DNA of 64,000 nucleotides from Schizochytrium sp. TIO01 (taxonomy: Eukaryota > Protista > Bigyra: Labyrinthulomycetes). Numbering within the stretch: position 1 is the first letter of the stretch; each line of letters starts with the position of its first letter. Shown piece by piece: positions 12,474 through 24,193 of the stretch. The stretch is taken from positions 1,255,859 through 1,319,858 of the forward strand of contig SMSO01000006.1 in the NCBI GenBank assembly GCA_004764695.1, given 5' to 3'. Below the pieces are notes generated by a model. It made no database searches. It saw only the letters and a list, made by a program, of their open reading frames with translations, and was not told the origin of the DNA. Position numbers and translations under genes: made by a program.

Positions 12474-14236
12474 AATCTAAAATACCTGCAAGCTATTCAG
12501 GTTATACAACACAATGCGCATGACAGTATTGTTGAGAGAGCAATCATAAGCCCTATCGCTATTTGGATGTCGAGCATTGTTCTAGCAGCTAACGATTTGT
12601 CGTATTGTTTATCCCATTCAGCCCCCGATTTGTTTCGTTTCCCTGAAAATCCCTTTGGTTTGTTTGGCTGTTTGTTTCGGGTTCACAAAGCTTTGTTTGG
12701 AATCTTGTAGGAAGGCTTTCTTGCTTTAGCGTTTCTTTGCTGCTCGATCACTCACGATATCTTTCCATCTGACAACCTCAGAATTAATTCATTCATCCAT
12801 TTGATTTATCTACCCACAAGCTTTCTTCACTGAGGGAAATGCATGTTGTACTGTCTGTCAACTTGGTGGAGTCTGTTGCAAAAGTCGTGTCTTCGTGGTC
12901 AGTGTTGCAGTGAGTTGGTGATCAATCGATGCCATGCTTGCACCTATTGCTTTTGCGATACGAATCACTCATCCAACCCACTTTTGCTACTTTTATTTTA
13001 TTTCAACTTTCAACTTAGAAACTTTAATTCAAAAGACTCAGGAACTCACTCACTCACTCACTCACTCATAATGCTAAGACAAAGAAAGAAAGCAGAAGTT
13101 AAAGACAGGTAAGCACAGGTAATGGAAGGGAAGGAATGACTAAGTGAGCGCATTACATTCGGTAGAAAGGCGGCGACTCAGGTACAATGGAAGTATCATC
13201 GTTGATGGCAGCAATCAATCAATCAATCAGTCAATCAATCAATGAATCAATGAATCAATCAAACAAATAAACAAAACAAACAGAAGCTGAGGAGCTCTCT
13301 CCTCGTCTTCCATCATCTTTTCTTTCCTTCAAGTTCGTTCTTTCTTTCTTTCTTTCTTTCAAGCATCGCATTTGCTCTTCTCTACGACCTACTTAGGCGC
13401 CTACCTACCATCAGAGCTAAGCTTTTTCATTCTTCTTTCTCCTTTGGGTCTGTCTAGCACCACCTTAGGCCTCGTCTATCCCCTCTCCTGCTAGCCCCAC
13501 TTAGGCTTTCGCCTAAGCCGAATTGGCGGTGCCTGCTTCTTTCTTTTCTCTATGAATCGCCAGGAGTTCTACGGTGGGATCGACTATTAGCGTTAATAGT
13601 AGGTGGGCTGGTGAGAGCCCTTTCTTGGTGCTTAGGCGCGACTCTTAGGGGTTTGGGTAGACGGGGAGAAAGGAAAAAGGAAAGCAATGAAAGAAAGAAA
13701 AAAGAGATTCTTTCTTTCTTTCTTTCTTTCTTTCTAATTGAGACTCTTGGGCAGAGAATGCAACATGACCTTTGAAGGGAAGGTTGCCTGTGAATAAACC
13801 TCGAAAGAAGACTCGTGGGCAGCATCTGTGTCCATAGAGCGGCACCTCAGAGGAGAAAGGTCGGGATGATGGAGTGGCGAGTAGGAACAGTCCTATCAGC
13901 ACGAAGATAACCAAAGTGCAATTTATAAAAATCAATCGTCTGTAAATTCTTAATCATTGTAAAGTTTGTTCAAGTCGTCGATTAAAAAATAAGTAAAAAT
14001 ATACATAAACATGGGCTCTATTATTATATATATAACATTTTAATTGTTTTTTAAAATAAATGTTTTTAACTTAATAGAAAAGGTTGTTTTCCTGAATGAA
14101 CGAATGAATTGGACGTCGAAAATGGTGGAAGAAAAAAGAAAGAAAGAGCTTGAATTTAGAGGGTAAGAGGGAGAAAGAGTGGAAATGAAAAGAATATCAA
14201 TGACAGATATATTCAAGAAACATAATATGAAAAAGG

Positions 14237-14242
<6 letters not shown>

Positions 14243-14301
<59 letters not shown>

Positions 14302-14302
14302 A
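14243..14302. repeat. (AGAA)n microsatellite upstream of IPMS
   Basis: Direct reading. Confidence 0.95.
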
Positions 14303-14458
14303 AATCGTGCATTGAATGGATCAATCAAAGAACAAAAATTCAAAGAAACAAACAAAGAATTCAAGAGAGCAAGCGCCCGTCGCTCGCCTTCTCGCTGCCT
14401 TCCACCCCTCTACACAACCAGCCAGCTCTCTTTCGTCGTTGCCTCTCTCCACGGCACC

Positions 14459-16252
14459 ATGTTGGGCGTGGCAGCCGGTCTCCGTCGCGTGGTGCGCTCT
14501 CGCGTTTCCTCTGCTAATGCTTCGTCTCTGCGCAGCCTGTCCACTGAGGCCTCCGCTGTCGTTGGCAAGGATCGCCTCATCCTCTTCGACACAACCCTCC
14601 GCGACGGTGAACAGTCCCCTGGTGCTACCTTGAACCTCAAGGAGAAGGTCGAGATCGCTCGCGTGCTCTCCCGCTTTGGCGTCGATGTCTGCGAGGCTGG
14701 CTTTCCCATCGCATCTCCCGGTGACTTCGAGGCAGTCAAGACCATCGCCACCGAGGTTGGTCCCCTCATGACCGGCCGCGAGGCCACTGGTCAGCCTATG
14801 CGCATCTGTGGTCTCTCTCGCGCTGCTGAGAAGGACATTCAGCGTTGCTACGATGCCGTCAAGCACGCTCCCTTGCACCGCATCCACACCTTCCTTGCCA
14901 CCAGCGACATCCACCTCAAGCACAAGCTCAAGATCTCTCGTGAGCAGTGCATTGAGCAGGCCGCCAAGGCCGTGGCCTTCGCATCAAGCCTGAGCGAGGA
15001 CGTTGAGTTCTCTACCGAGGACGCCATGCGCTCCGACCCGGCCTTCCTTGTGCAGGTGCTCAAGGAGGTCATCGCCGCCGGTGCCACCACCATTAACGTG
15101 CCCGACACGGTCGGCTTTACTACCCCGCAGGAGTACCAGCACATCTTTGAGTACCTCATTGCCAACACCCCCGGCTCTGACAAGGTCATTTGGTCTACCC
15201 ACTGCCACAACGATCTTGGTCTCGCCACCGCCAACTCGCTTGCCGGTATCGCTGGAGGCGCCCGCCAGGTTGAGGTCACTGTGAACGGTATTGGAGAGCG
15301 TGCTGGAAACACTGCGATCGAGGAGATCCTGATGGCTGTTCGCACCAGACCTCAACAGTTTAACGTTTACTCGTCAGCCGACGCCACCCAGATCATGAGG
15401 GCATCCAGGATGGTGACCGCCTTCACTGGTATGGCAGTTCAGCCGAACAAGGCTATTGTCGGAGAGAACGCATTCGCACACGAGGCTGGCATTCACCAGG
15501 ACGGAGTGCTCAAGCACGCAGAAACTTACGAGATCATGACACCCGAGTCCGTTGGACTTTCTACTAACTCCCTTGTCCTGGGAAAACATTCCGGAAAACA
15601 CGCCTACAAGGCCAGACTCGAGGAGCTCGGATACACGGACCTCACCCCGGAGCAGATCAACATCTTCGTCGACAAATTCAAGAGACTCGCAGACGAGAAG
15701 AAGGTTGTCACTGATGCCGATATGGAGGCTATTGTCAGCGATGACATCTACCAGCCGGAGCACGTCTGGGATCTTCGCTCCATTCACGTAACTGCTGGAA
15801 ACCTTGTCAAGGCTACGGCTACCGTGTCTCTCATGCACATTGACGGACACGAAGTCACTGAGGCAGCTGTCGGCGCAGGACCTGTCGATGCCATCTTCAC
15901 ATCCATTAACCAGGTCGTGCGTGTGCCCAACCGCCTCGTCCAGTACAAGATCAACGCAGTCACTGAGGGCGTCGATGCCATCGGAGAAGTTGTCACTAAG
16001 CTTGAGTTTGTTGAGGACTACGAAAGCCCTGAAAAGAGCCGTCGCCTCCAGCGCACCGACTCTGGCATTGATGCTGGTGAGTTCAAGAACCCCCAGACTG
16101 GATCTGTCACCAGCCGTAGCTTCACCGGACACGGCGCAGACACTGATATCCTTGTTGCCAGCGCAAAATCCTACTTGAGCGCCCTCAACCGGATGATCAG
16201 CCACAAGAGGTGGATGAGCACCCAGCAGAACAAGGCCGCCAACCTCGAGTAA
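14459..16252 (+). CDS. leuA: 2-isopropylmalate synthase (LeuA-type) with N-terminal mitochondrial-type transit peptide
   Basis: Motifs FDTTLRDGEQSPG, EAGFP, PDTVG, HCHNDLGLATAN, NGIGERAGN, QPNKAIVGENAFAHEAGIHQDG, LGKHSGKHA, plus the C-terminal regulatory domain (GAGPVDA...TDILVASAKSYLSALNR). ATG at 14459 (CACCATG) opens an Arg/Ser-rich presequence; strong codon bias. Confidence 0.96.
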   Translation: MLGVAAGLRRVVRSRVSSANASSLRSLSTEASAVVGKDRLILFDTTLRDGEQSPGATLNLKEKVEIARVLSRFGVDVCEAGFPIASPGDFEAVKTIATEVGPLMTGREATGQPMRICGLSRAAEKDIQRCYDAVKHAPLHRIHTFLATSDIHLKHKLKISREQCIEQAAKAVAFASSLSEDVEFSTEDAMRSDPAFLVQVLKEVIAAGATTINVPDTVGFTTPQEYQHIFEYLIANTPGSDKVIWSTHCHNDLGLATANSLAGIAGGARQVEVTVNGIGERAGNTAIEEILMAVRTRPQQFNVYSSADATQIMRASRMVTAFTGMAVQPNKAIVGENAFAHEAGIHQDGVLKHAETYEIMTPESVGLSTNSLVLGKHSGKHAYKARLEELGYTDLTPEQINIFVDKFKRLADEKKVVTDADMEAIVSDDIYQPEHVWDLRSIHVTAGNLVKATATVSLMHIDGHEVTEAAVGAGPVDAIFTSINQVVRVPNRLVQYKINAVTEGVDAIGEVVTKLEFVEDYESPEKSRRLQRTDSGIDAGEFKNPQTGSVTSRSFTGHGADTDILVASAKSYLSALNRMISHKRWMSTQQNKAANLE

Positions 16253-17435
16253 GTAAATTTATATACTACACATCAGCAACAACAATAACAACAACGACAA
16301 CACGCCGACGACAACGTCAGCGACAACAAAAATAATACTATCTACCTATCTACCTACCTACATAATCAATCCGTCACCATCATCCTGCTCTTTTTTTTTC
16401 TTTTGTCTTTTTTTTACCTGGGCTTCCACCCACCTATTCTTTAAAACTTGTGCACTCCCCTTATTTACTCACTCACCCGCCAATTCATATATCCAATCGA
16501 TTATTGATGACTAGTTATCTCTGAATGTATTCTGGCGATGGCGCTGCACTGCTGGTAAACTTTGCTCGTAAGTTGAAACTAAATATACATCTAAGATGTC
16601 TGTCTACGTACATTTTCGATTTCCTTACATTTTTATTTCTTCTTTCATCCTTTGCTTCTTCTGTGTTCATTCTTTGACAAGCTCCTATATTGAGAATTCA
16701 ACAGATCATTCTGCTGATTTCAATTTTGCCCCTTGCAAACATATCCTTTCTTTTTCTTTCTTTTTTTTGTGTGTGTGTGACGAAATGTGCGAAATGTGCT
16801 TAGCACGGCATTTATACTAATTTAATATTTGAAAGAAGAGACTAGAACTGTTTTTCAATATTGTTGTAGTAATCAACCCGCTCATTATGAGAGTTTGATT
16901 TGTTGCTTTCTCAATAAAGATCTGCGGTCTTCGTTAAGCTTTGCTCACTGCCTTGGTTTGAAAATGTATTTTACGAAAACAATTCATTCATGCTCGTGTA
17001 CAAATGTAATTCAACCATCAAATATAGTATTAAAGGTTTAATTTTTTGGAACTGGAATGAGATGAAACCACTCCCTGAAGATCTGTTATTTGTTCGTATT
17101 TTTTTTGTGTGAATCTTGAGGTGTCTGGAGTGAACCGTGGTGAAAATAGTAATTTGGTCTACTTTTGCAAATTGCTCTGATCGCAACAGCGCTTTCCATG
17201 GTAATACAAGAGACTGTGTTTCGTTGTTAAGTACCTCCAACTCTCGTGGGTAGGAAAAGAAATAAACACAGAGTCCGAGAGCACCCTCACTAAATGTATG
17301 CTTGAGTTTATATACACGAACAAGGGTACACAACTAGAAGCTAAATATAATTCTCTTCTATTCTTAAGAGTCAAAGTAAGTTTGTAGAATAAAGTATCTA
17401 GTAAACACAGGGAGAGAATATATAGTCTCTATCTC

Positions 17436-20400
17436 TTACGCCCAAGCTGTAAATGCACGCGTAACACGTGCACAAGCATCCACACAGGGTGTCAAATCTG
17501 TGCTGAATGAAAGATCTCGCACATACTGTGAAACGCCAGGACCAAACTTCACCGGATCTTCAGGAGGTTTGACAACCTTCGGAGGAACCACTTCGGGCTT
17601 CACCGGCATTGGAACAGGCACGACTGTTGTTTTCGGTGCAGATGGAGAGGTGTTCGCTGGTTTAACAGGGGATTCAGGCTTAATGATCTCAGACTTAATT
17701 CGCTTGGGAGCACCACCCACCTCAGCAGGTTGAGGAGCTTCACGTTTGCGATTAGTCGGCGCGCCAGGGCGAACCTGGCTTGGGACTGGTGCCACACTGG
17801 CACTGGCTACCAAAGCAGGTTTGCCAGGGGCCACCCCAGTTGGGCCCTGAGGTCTTTGGTGTTGCTTCATTTGTAGCTGATGTTGCTGCGGGTATTGCTG
17901 CTGCGGTGGTGTAGCGTTGTTAGGCATCACTCCTGCAGGGGATGGCCTTGGTTGAGGCTTCCTTACGGGAGGTACCGGCTGCGTTGGAAAGTTAGAGGGA
18001 GCAACATTAGAGGCATTAGGAGATAGCCGAGCCTGGTTTCGCTGTTGTTGCTGTTGCTGCTGCTGGCGTTGGTACGCCTGTTGTTGTTGTTGTTGTTGCT
18101 GCTGCTGCTGCTGCTGCTGTTGTTGTTGTTGCTGCTGCTGCTGCTGCTTTTGCTGTTGGAGTTTTTGCTGCTGTTGGAGTTGTTGTTGTTGTTGGAGCTT
18201 TTGCTGTTGAAGCTTTTGCTGTTGAAGTTGTTGCTGCTGAAGTTGTTGCTGCTGAAGTTGTTGTTGCCGTTGCTGCTGAAGTTGTTGCTGTTGAAGTTGT
18301 TGCTGCCGTTGTTGTTGCTGCTGCTGTTTCCGCAGACGCGCTGCTTCGCTTTGTTTAACGCGTTCCTTTTGTTCCGCAATTTTTTTCTGTTCTTCATTCT
18401 TCTTCTTCTCCTCCTCAATAGCAGCTGCCCTTTCTTGTTCTTGTATCCTTTGTCGCTCAGCGATTTTTCGTTCCTCAGCCATCTTTCTCTGCTCCTCTTC
18501 CTGTTTCCTTTGCTGCTCCTCAAGCTGCTTTTGTTTGGCCAGCTTCCTGTGCTGCTCCTTGCGTGCTTCCTCTTGCTGCTGATGAGCCAAAAGCTGCTGG
18601 TCAGCACTGCTGCTTGGCGTGTACTGCGATTGGGTTCCCGGCGGAATAGAGCTTCCGGAGTTGACGTATCTTTGACGTTGAGCTGCCGTATAATTCTGTT
18701 GTGCTTGAGCTGCACTCTGAGCCGAACGACGATAGCTTCCTTGGTCGTAGTCCGGAGGGGCCGCTCCCGGTACGTGCTTTTGAAGCTGTTGTGCACTGTA
18801 AGCTTGAGCTCCGTCGGTTTTGTTGTAACCAGGGCCTGGAGCACTGGGATGGGCTGCCTGAGGAGCTATCGTATGCTCATGACTTGGATTAGAGAGTTTG
18901 GCTTGTTTTGAATTATTTGCTTTCACGCTTTTTAACAGCTGAACGATTGATGCGTTGATATATTGCGCATGGTGAAGAAGTTTTGGATGCGCACGCTCAG
19001 GGTGCTCCAGGTCGTCAATGATCTTGCGATACTCAGCGGCTTTAGCCTCATATCGTTCCTTCTTCTCTGGGTTACTGTCAGCTTTGTTAGCGTACTTATC
19101 AAAGTGCGCAGTTGCACGTTGAACAAAAGTTAAGTACTTCTTAGCCAGCAAGGTAATGTGTTTAAAATATTCAATCTTCTGATTGAGGATATCGGTTTTC
19201 ACCTTGAAGGCGTTTTCGTATCCTGACCGATTGCGCTGATGACCTAGATAGAGTTTGTACTGCTCTTTCTCGTATTCAAGGAGCTTCTTCTGCATCGACA
19301 TGTGCTCTTCCCGAGTCATGTCACGATCCTCAGTCTTCCTAACCCGTAGCTTCTGGTATTCCAAAGCCTTACTAAACAGGGCAGATGAAGCAGCCTTCCG
19401 GATCGCTTGAACTGCTTTGAAATACTTTTGCCTCTGTTCTTCATCTGAAATGGATTGATTTTCTCCTGAACCTCGTTGACTTGTGCGCCGCGGGTCAGGC
19501 GGTGGAGAGCGCTGCTGTTGTGCTGGGACAGACTGCTGAGGGGCTTGCGACGTCTGGTGGCTATGGTGGCTAGGAGCACCCTGGGGAGGTTGCCGATGAG
19601 CCTCGTGTTGTTGCTGATGCTGCATGCTCCCATGCTGCGAATATTGACCTTGATTCGAACTGTGGTACTCGTGTTGAGGATGACTCATCGGCCGTGGGTC
19701 TTGGTGTGAACCCTGTGAAGATTGCCGCGATTGCGGTTGAGGTTGTCCTTGTTGATGTTGGCTGGGCGGTTGAGGCGATGAGCTATACTGAGAACGGCTC
19801 TGCTGCCCCTGAGCAGAAGGGTACGGATGTTGACTTCGTGGCTGCGAAGAGTGTTGCTGTTGCTGTTGTTGTTGCTGTTGTTGCTGAGGAGGAGGAACCT
19901 GTTGTTGTTGTTGTTGCTGCTGCTGCTGCTGCGATGAATGGTATGCTCGACTTGTTGGTTGGCGCTGCTGTTGCTGTGGTGGCGGTTGCTGTGGCGGCTG
20001 CGGCTGCGAAGAACGGTGTGCATGTTGTTGCGAGGAACCCTGGTGATTGTACGAAGACATGCGGGCATCTGGCGAGTTCGTCTGGTAGCCACTCGTGTGT
20101 GAGGGGGCGTATTGTGTCTGCGATGACTGTGGAGGCGCTCCGTGGTGACTGCTGTGTGTTGCATTCCGAGGAGATGGTTGTGGTGGTGCAGTGCGAGAGT
20201 GTTGAGGTTGTTGTGGGGTCGGCTCATAGTACTGAGGGTCATAGTTCGATGATCCGGAATAGTCAGGAGCGTCATTGGAGTGTGAGGGATTTTCATAATA
20301 GCTATGACTTTCATGGTGCATACTCCTTCCGGTCGGGGTTGTGGCAGGCTCGTGCGCATATGAGTGATGTTGCTGATGTTGTTGATGGCCATGCGATCTT

Positions 20401-20534
20401 TGGTGGTGCTGCGGTTGCTGTGACGGTTGCTGCTGCTGCTCCTGTTCGTAGTGTTGTGGCTGCTGAGAATAACCTTGCGAGTACCCATTGTTGTCATACC
20501 CTTGGTCATAATAGCTGTTGTATCCGTTCGACAT
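17436..20534 (-). CDS. 1032-aa Q/H/P/S-rich low-complexity protein with central helical/coiled-coil domain (possible transcription cofactor), function unknown
   Basis: Long uninterrupted ORF from ATG. PolyQ tracts use mixed CAG/CAA codons. Ordered central segment (EEQRQKYFKAVQAIRK...IVQLLKSVK) and basic NLS-like KRE/KRIK near the C-terminus. Confidence 0.85.
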   Translation of the reverse strand: MSNGYNSYYDQGYDNNGYSQGYSQQPQHYEQEQQQQPSQQPQHHQRSHGHQQHQQHHSYAHEPATTPTGRSMHHESHSYYENPSHSNDAPDYSGSSNYDPQYYEPTPQQPQHSRTAPPQPSPRNATHSSHHGAPPQSSQTQYAPSHTSGYQTNSPDARMSSYNHQGSSQQHAHRSSQPQPPQQPPPQQQQRQPTSRAYHSSQQQQQQQQQQQVPPPQQQQQQQQQQQHSSQPRSQHPYPSAQGQQSRSQYSSSPQPPSQHQQGQPQPQSRQSSQGSHQDPRPMSHPQHEYHSSNQGQYSQHGSMQHQQQHEAHRQPPQGAPSHHSHQTSQAPQQSVPAQQQRSPPPDPRRTSQRGSGENQSISDEEQRQKYFKAVQAIRKAASSALFSKALEYQKLRVRKTEDRDMTREEHMSMQKKLLEYEKEQYKLYLGHQRNRSGYENAFKVKTDILNQKIEYFKHITLLAKKYLTFVQRATAHFDKYANKADSNPEKKERYEAKAAEYRKIIDDLEHPERAHPKLLHHAQYINASIVQLLKSVKANNSKQAKLSNPSHEHTIAPQAAHPSAPGPGYNKTDGAQAYSAQQLQKHVPGAAPPDYDQGSYRRSAQSAAQAQQNYTAAQRQRYVNSGSSIPPGTQSQYTPSSSADQQLLAHQQQEEARKEQHRKLAKQKQLEEQQRKQEEEQRKMAEERKIAERQRIQEQERAAAIEEEKKKNEEQKKIAEQKERVKQSEAARLRKQQQQQQRQQQLQQQQLQQQRQQQLQQQQLQQQQLQQQKLQQQKLQQQQQLQQQQKLQQQKQQQQQQQQQQQQQQQQQQQQQQQAYQRQQQQQQQQRNQARLSPNASNVAPSNFPTQPVPPVRKPQPRPSPAGVMPNNATPPQQQYPQQHQLQMKQHQRPQGPTGVAPGKPALVASASVAPVPSQVRPGAPTNRKREAPQPAEVGGAPKRIKSEIIKPESPVKPANTSPSAPKTTVVPVPMPVKPEVVPPKVVKPPEDPVKFGPGVSQYVRDLSFSTDLTPCVDACARVTRAFTAWA

Positions 20535-21800
20535 GATTTCTGTATGGTTTGGTCACCAACCTAAGGAATGATGTAGTTGTAGACAATTTTGATAATTTTC
20601 AATTTCTAAATGCACTACAACACGGGGTTAAACGCAGTTGGATTTACAGGCTTTCTTGAGCCCTTCTCTATTGTCTTGCCTGGAGTCGCTATGATCCAAA
20701 ATCTTTTGATGTAGCGTGCGCAGTACAACTGCCAATTATTGCAAGAAATAACTGCTTCAAGAATCAATTGGTATCAGCAAGGAGATCTCAGCTAATTCGC
20801 GCCGACGATATCGCTGCGCGTCTCCGGGAAGCTAATCCCCACTGCTGTAGCAGCGCAGTGTTTGTTGCACCTGATCTTTGGTCGCTTGCCTGCACTCTTG
20901 AACTTCCACGGAGCTTCAGCAGACAAAGCAGCTGATCGAGCAGGGATGCATGCACAGCCAAAGCGAGCTCGAACTTTCTGCAAACCAGATATGAGAATCA
21001 GGTTTTGCCTCGAGTGAGATTGGTGCTGCGAGCGAGAGCGTCGGAGAGTGCAGCCAACAGGCTCTGAAGGAAGGAAGAAACTCGCTCTTGAAAAGGAGAC
21101 AATTCAATCGATCAGTCGAATAAAGAAAAACAAAGAAACAACTTGAAGAAAGACAACACAAAGGCAACGAGCGAACGAATGAATGAGCGGAGGGGCCTCG
21201 GCCGCTGTCGCTGTCGCTGCGCAGTTATGTGCGCCACGCTGCTGACGAGGGCCTCGTGCACGACGCTCTGCGGAGGTGGGCTGCCTGCTACCTGTCTGGC
21301 GCCTGCTGTTGCGGGCGGAGTTGCCGTGTCTCCTGTTACTTCTTTGATGAGGATTGTTTCTTCTTATTTTATTGTCGTTTGTTAATCTGATCATTACTTT
21401 CATTCTTACATTTCTTTCCAAAAAAATTAATCAAATTTAAAAACTAACTTCTTTTTACGAATCGGCTTAATAATTATTGTCTTTATCCATTTACTACAGA
21501 GAATCACATACGCTTATTACTACACATATTCTCTCTCGATGGCACTTACTGTGCCGAATCCCTTTAAAATACTCCTTGTTTTTGCTCATCAATGCTCCCC
21601 TTTTAGATACCAATAATGCACGGCGGGGGCGAGGAAATCATTCGAGTGCTCTCTAGGGGTCCTTACGCCTTCGATAGGCCTCTGCAGAAAACTACTTTAC
21701 TTTAAAAAGGCTGAATGAATACTTAGCAGTGAGTGAGTGGGTGAGTCTTATCGGCGCCTAGGAAGTACCGCTAGTAGTAGGTCGAAAAGAAGGGTGCTCG

Positions 21801-21837
21801 ACTGACTGACTGACTGACTGACTGACTGACTGACTGA
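21801..21837. repeat. (ACTG)n microsatellite
   Basis: Direct reading. Confidence 0.95.
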
Positions 21838-22552
21838 CCTGAAAGTTGCATGCGTGCGTGAAGATACAGTAGACAATCCAAAGTAAACTAGGTTATAGAG
21901 GGCGGTACAGTAGACAATCGCTGGGGATACTTCACTATTCTCCCACGCATTAAAAAAGAACCGGCGAACAAATAAGCATCGCTGCTTCATCACGATCGAG
22001 CAACTAAAGGGTAGGTTAAAAGGCACATAGCACTGCCTATGCGGTGCTTAGCGAGCGCGAGCTCGAAGGAAAAAGAGGGAAAGAGAGAAAGAAATAAAAG
22101 AAGAACAGAAGAAGAAGAGAACGCAGAATCAGAACAGCTTTGTTTCTAAGAGCACTCTCTCTCTCTCTTCAGATGTGGTGCTCTTCGAGGGGCTCTCCAA
22201 ATGACTCTGGGTTCGAGCCAAACGAAGCTCCACCCTCTCTCCAAAGTCACAAGATACGCTCTTCGGCCGACGCTTTCTTTCTCCGTCGTCCATGTATGCA
22301 AGAGACACAATCGATTGAATGAATGAACGAATGAATGAATTCATGTATCACAAGGACAAACGAACTTCGAAGCTCCAAAGACTTACGCAGAAAGCGCACA
22401 ACAGTGGGATAATTAAACAAATAAATAAATAAACAAATAAACAGCGCCCGCCCTTTCGTTACAACATGAACTCGCGGGTCGGTAGAGGTCCTTTAGGCGA
22501 AACTTACGACCCCATACTTATATATTCTTTCGATGAATAGGTCACTTCCTTT

Positions 22553-22602
<50 letters not shown>

Positions 22603-22860
22603 TTCTTTTCTTATCTTTTCTTTCTCTCTTTCTTTCTGTATATCTCTCTTCATATTACAGAGGTGGAAGCGCGAAATGAGAGACGTCCTTAAGCGCGAGT
22701 TGTTGAGTTGTTGAGGGGCGCAGCGAAGAGGAGAGCTCTCTCTCTCTCTCTGCCTGTCCGTCTGTATCTCTGTCTGTCTGTATCCCTGTTGAGGCTGTGT
22801 CTCAGAGCGCTCTCTCTCCGCCTCCTCCTCGATTTCTTCAGATTTTGCGTCCGTCGTATG

Positions 22861-22895
<35 letters not shown>

Positions 22896-23153
22896 CGCCT
22901 TAGAATTAGTATGTTCTATTACGTTTCTTTCTTCCTTTCTTGGCTTTAGTTGTTTGACTTACCACTCACAATAGGCCTTTATTAACCGCCTTCTTCTGTT
23001 CCGTTCTAACCCGTAGTGTTCTAACATGTTCTGTTCTGGTCTGTTCTGTTCTTTGCTGTTCTGTTCCTCCTCTCTTCTGTCCTATTTTGGTTCAATACCT
23101 GGAACCCTAACAGTGCAAGGCCGCGATGGAAGAAAGAGGTTTTGTATTCTCTC

Positions 23154-23270
23154 AAGATAGCACAAACTATGTTGGATTGATTTCCATTTGCTCTTGCTTA
23201 TGTCATGGCTTAAAAGGAAGGCGAAGATAGCACAGACTGTGTTACATTGATGTCCATTTGTTCTTGCTTA
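23154..23270. repeat. Two diverged 47-bp direct repeats with 70-bp period
   Basis: aagatagcacaaactatgttggattgatttccatttgctcttgctta (23154-23200) vs aagatagcacagactgtgttacattgatgtccatttgttcttgctta (23224-23270), 6 mismatches. Confidence 0.85.
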
Positions 23271-23630
23271 CTATTTAGCTATTTCGTTGTTCGTGTTGAA
23301 TTGTTGAATTCGATAAACTTAGAAACTAAAGTCATAGTTGTCGGAACTTAGCAATTCTTTCAATTCAGTAGACCGCTCACTCCGCCGGCGGATGTGCTTT
23401 GGGCAAACTCATACAAACTTAACGTGGGATCAGCATAAAAGAACTGCTTCTCACACTTTGATACAAAATTAGAGGGACGAAAGGGGGGGCGCAGTTCCGG
23501 ACCGCTGATGCCCCCCTCATACTCCTTCTGCGGGCTTCTCCGCCTCGATGCACTTCGCCCTGCCTTGCGCAGCATAAACTGAGATTAAGCGGCACCGGCG
23601 GAAAAGAACGCCTCCGCTTCTTCGCCGCCT

Positions 23631-23737
23631 CTGAAGGGCTCTGAAGGGCTCTGAAGGGCTCTGAAGGGCTCTGAAGGGCTCTGAAGGGCTCTGAAGGGCT
23701 CTGAAGGGCTCTGAAGGGCTCTGAAAGGCTCTGAAGG
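23631..23737. repeat. (CTGAAGGGCT)n decamer minisatellite: 9 perfect units, 1 variant, 1 partial
   Basis: Direct reading. Confidence 0.97.
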
Positions 23738-24069
23738 TACGCCAAAAGAGCGCTCTGAAGAGGCCAAAGCAGAGAAACAAACAAAGATTGAGGCCGCTTT
23801 GAGAGGCGCGCTCCGTTCCAAAGGGCTCCGTTCTGCTTTTATTGCTTTTTTCTTTTCTTTTCTTCTTAAGTTTAAATTATAAAAAGTTAATTGAAATGTT
23901 TTAATTTTTTTTTTGAATAAAATAAACAAACCGTTTTATGAAGTGAGGTGTATGTATTGTTAGGAGTGAATAGGTAAATGGAGTACGATCGATTCATTTA
24001 GGGCGTATTTTTGTTCATATGGTAAAAGGAGAATGAGAAGGACAAAGAGGCTGAGTAAATGGGAAAAGG

Positions 24070-24117
<48 letters not shown>

Positions 24118-24119
24118 AT

Positions 24120-24193
<74 letters not shown>

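Noticed and set aside
14312-14458. N-terminal extension of IPMS in the ORF track
   Set aside because: Begins at a non-ATG codon in A-rich UTR-like sequence; codon bias and the presequence start at ATG 14459.
14321-16204. Antisense ORFs of 120-276 aa over the IPMS gene
   Set aside because: Shadow ORFs produced by strong codon bias on the sense strand.
17963-20536. Poly-Leu, poly-Ser/Asn and poly-Val/Ala ORFs of 270-290 aa
   Set aside because: Alternative-frame and antisense readings of the CAG/CAA tracts of the Q-rich gene.
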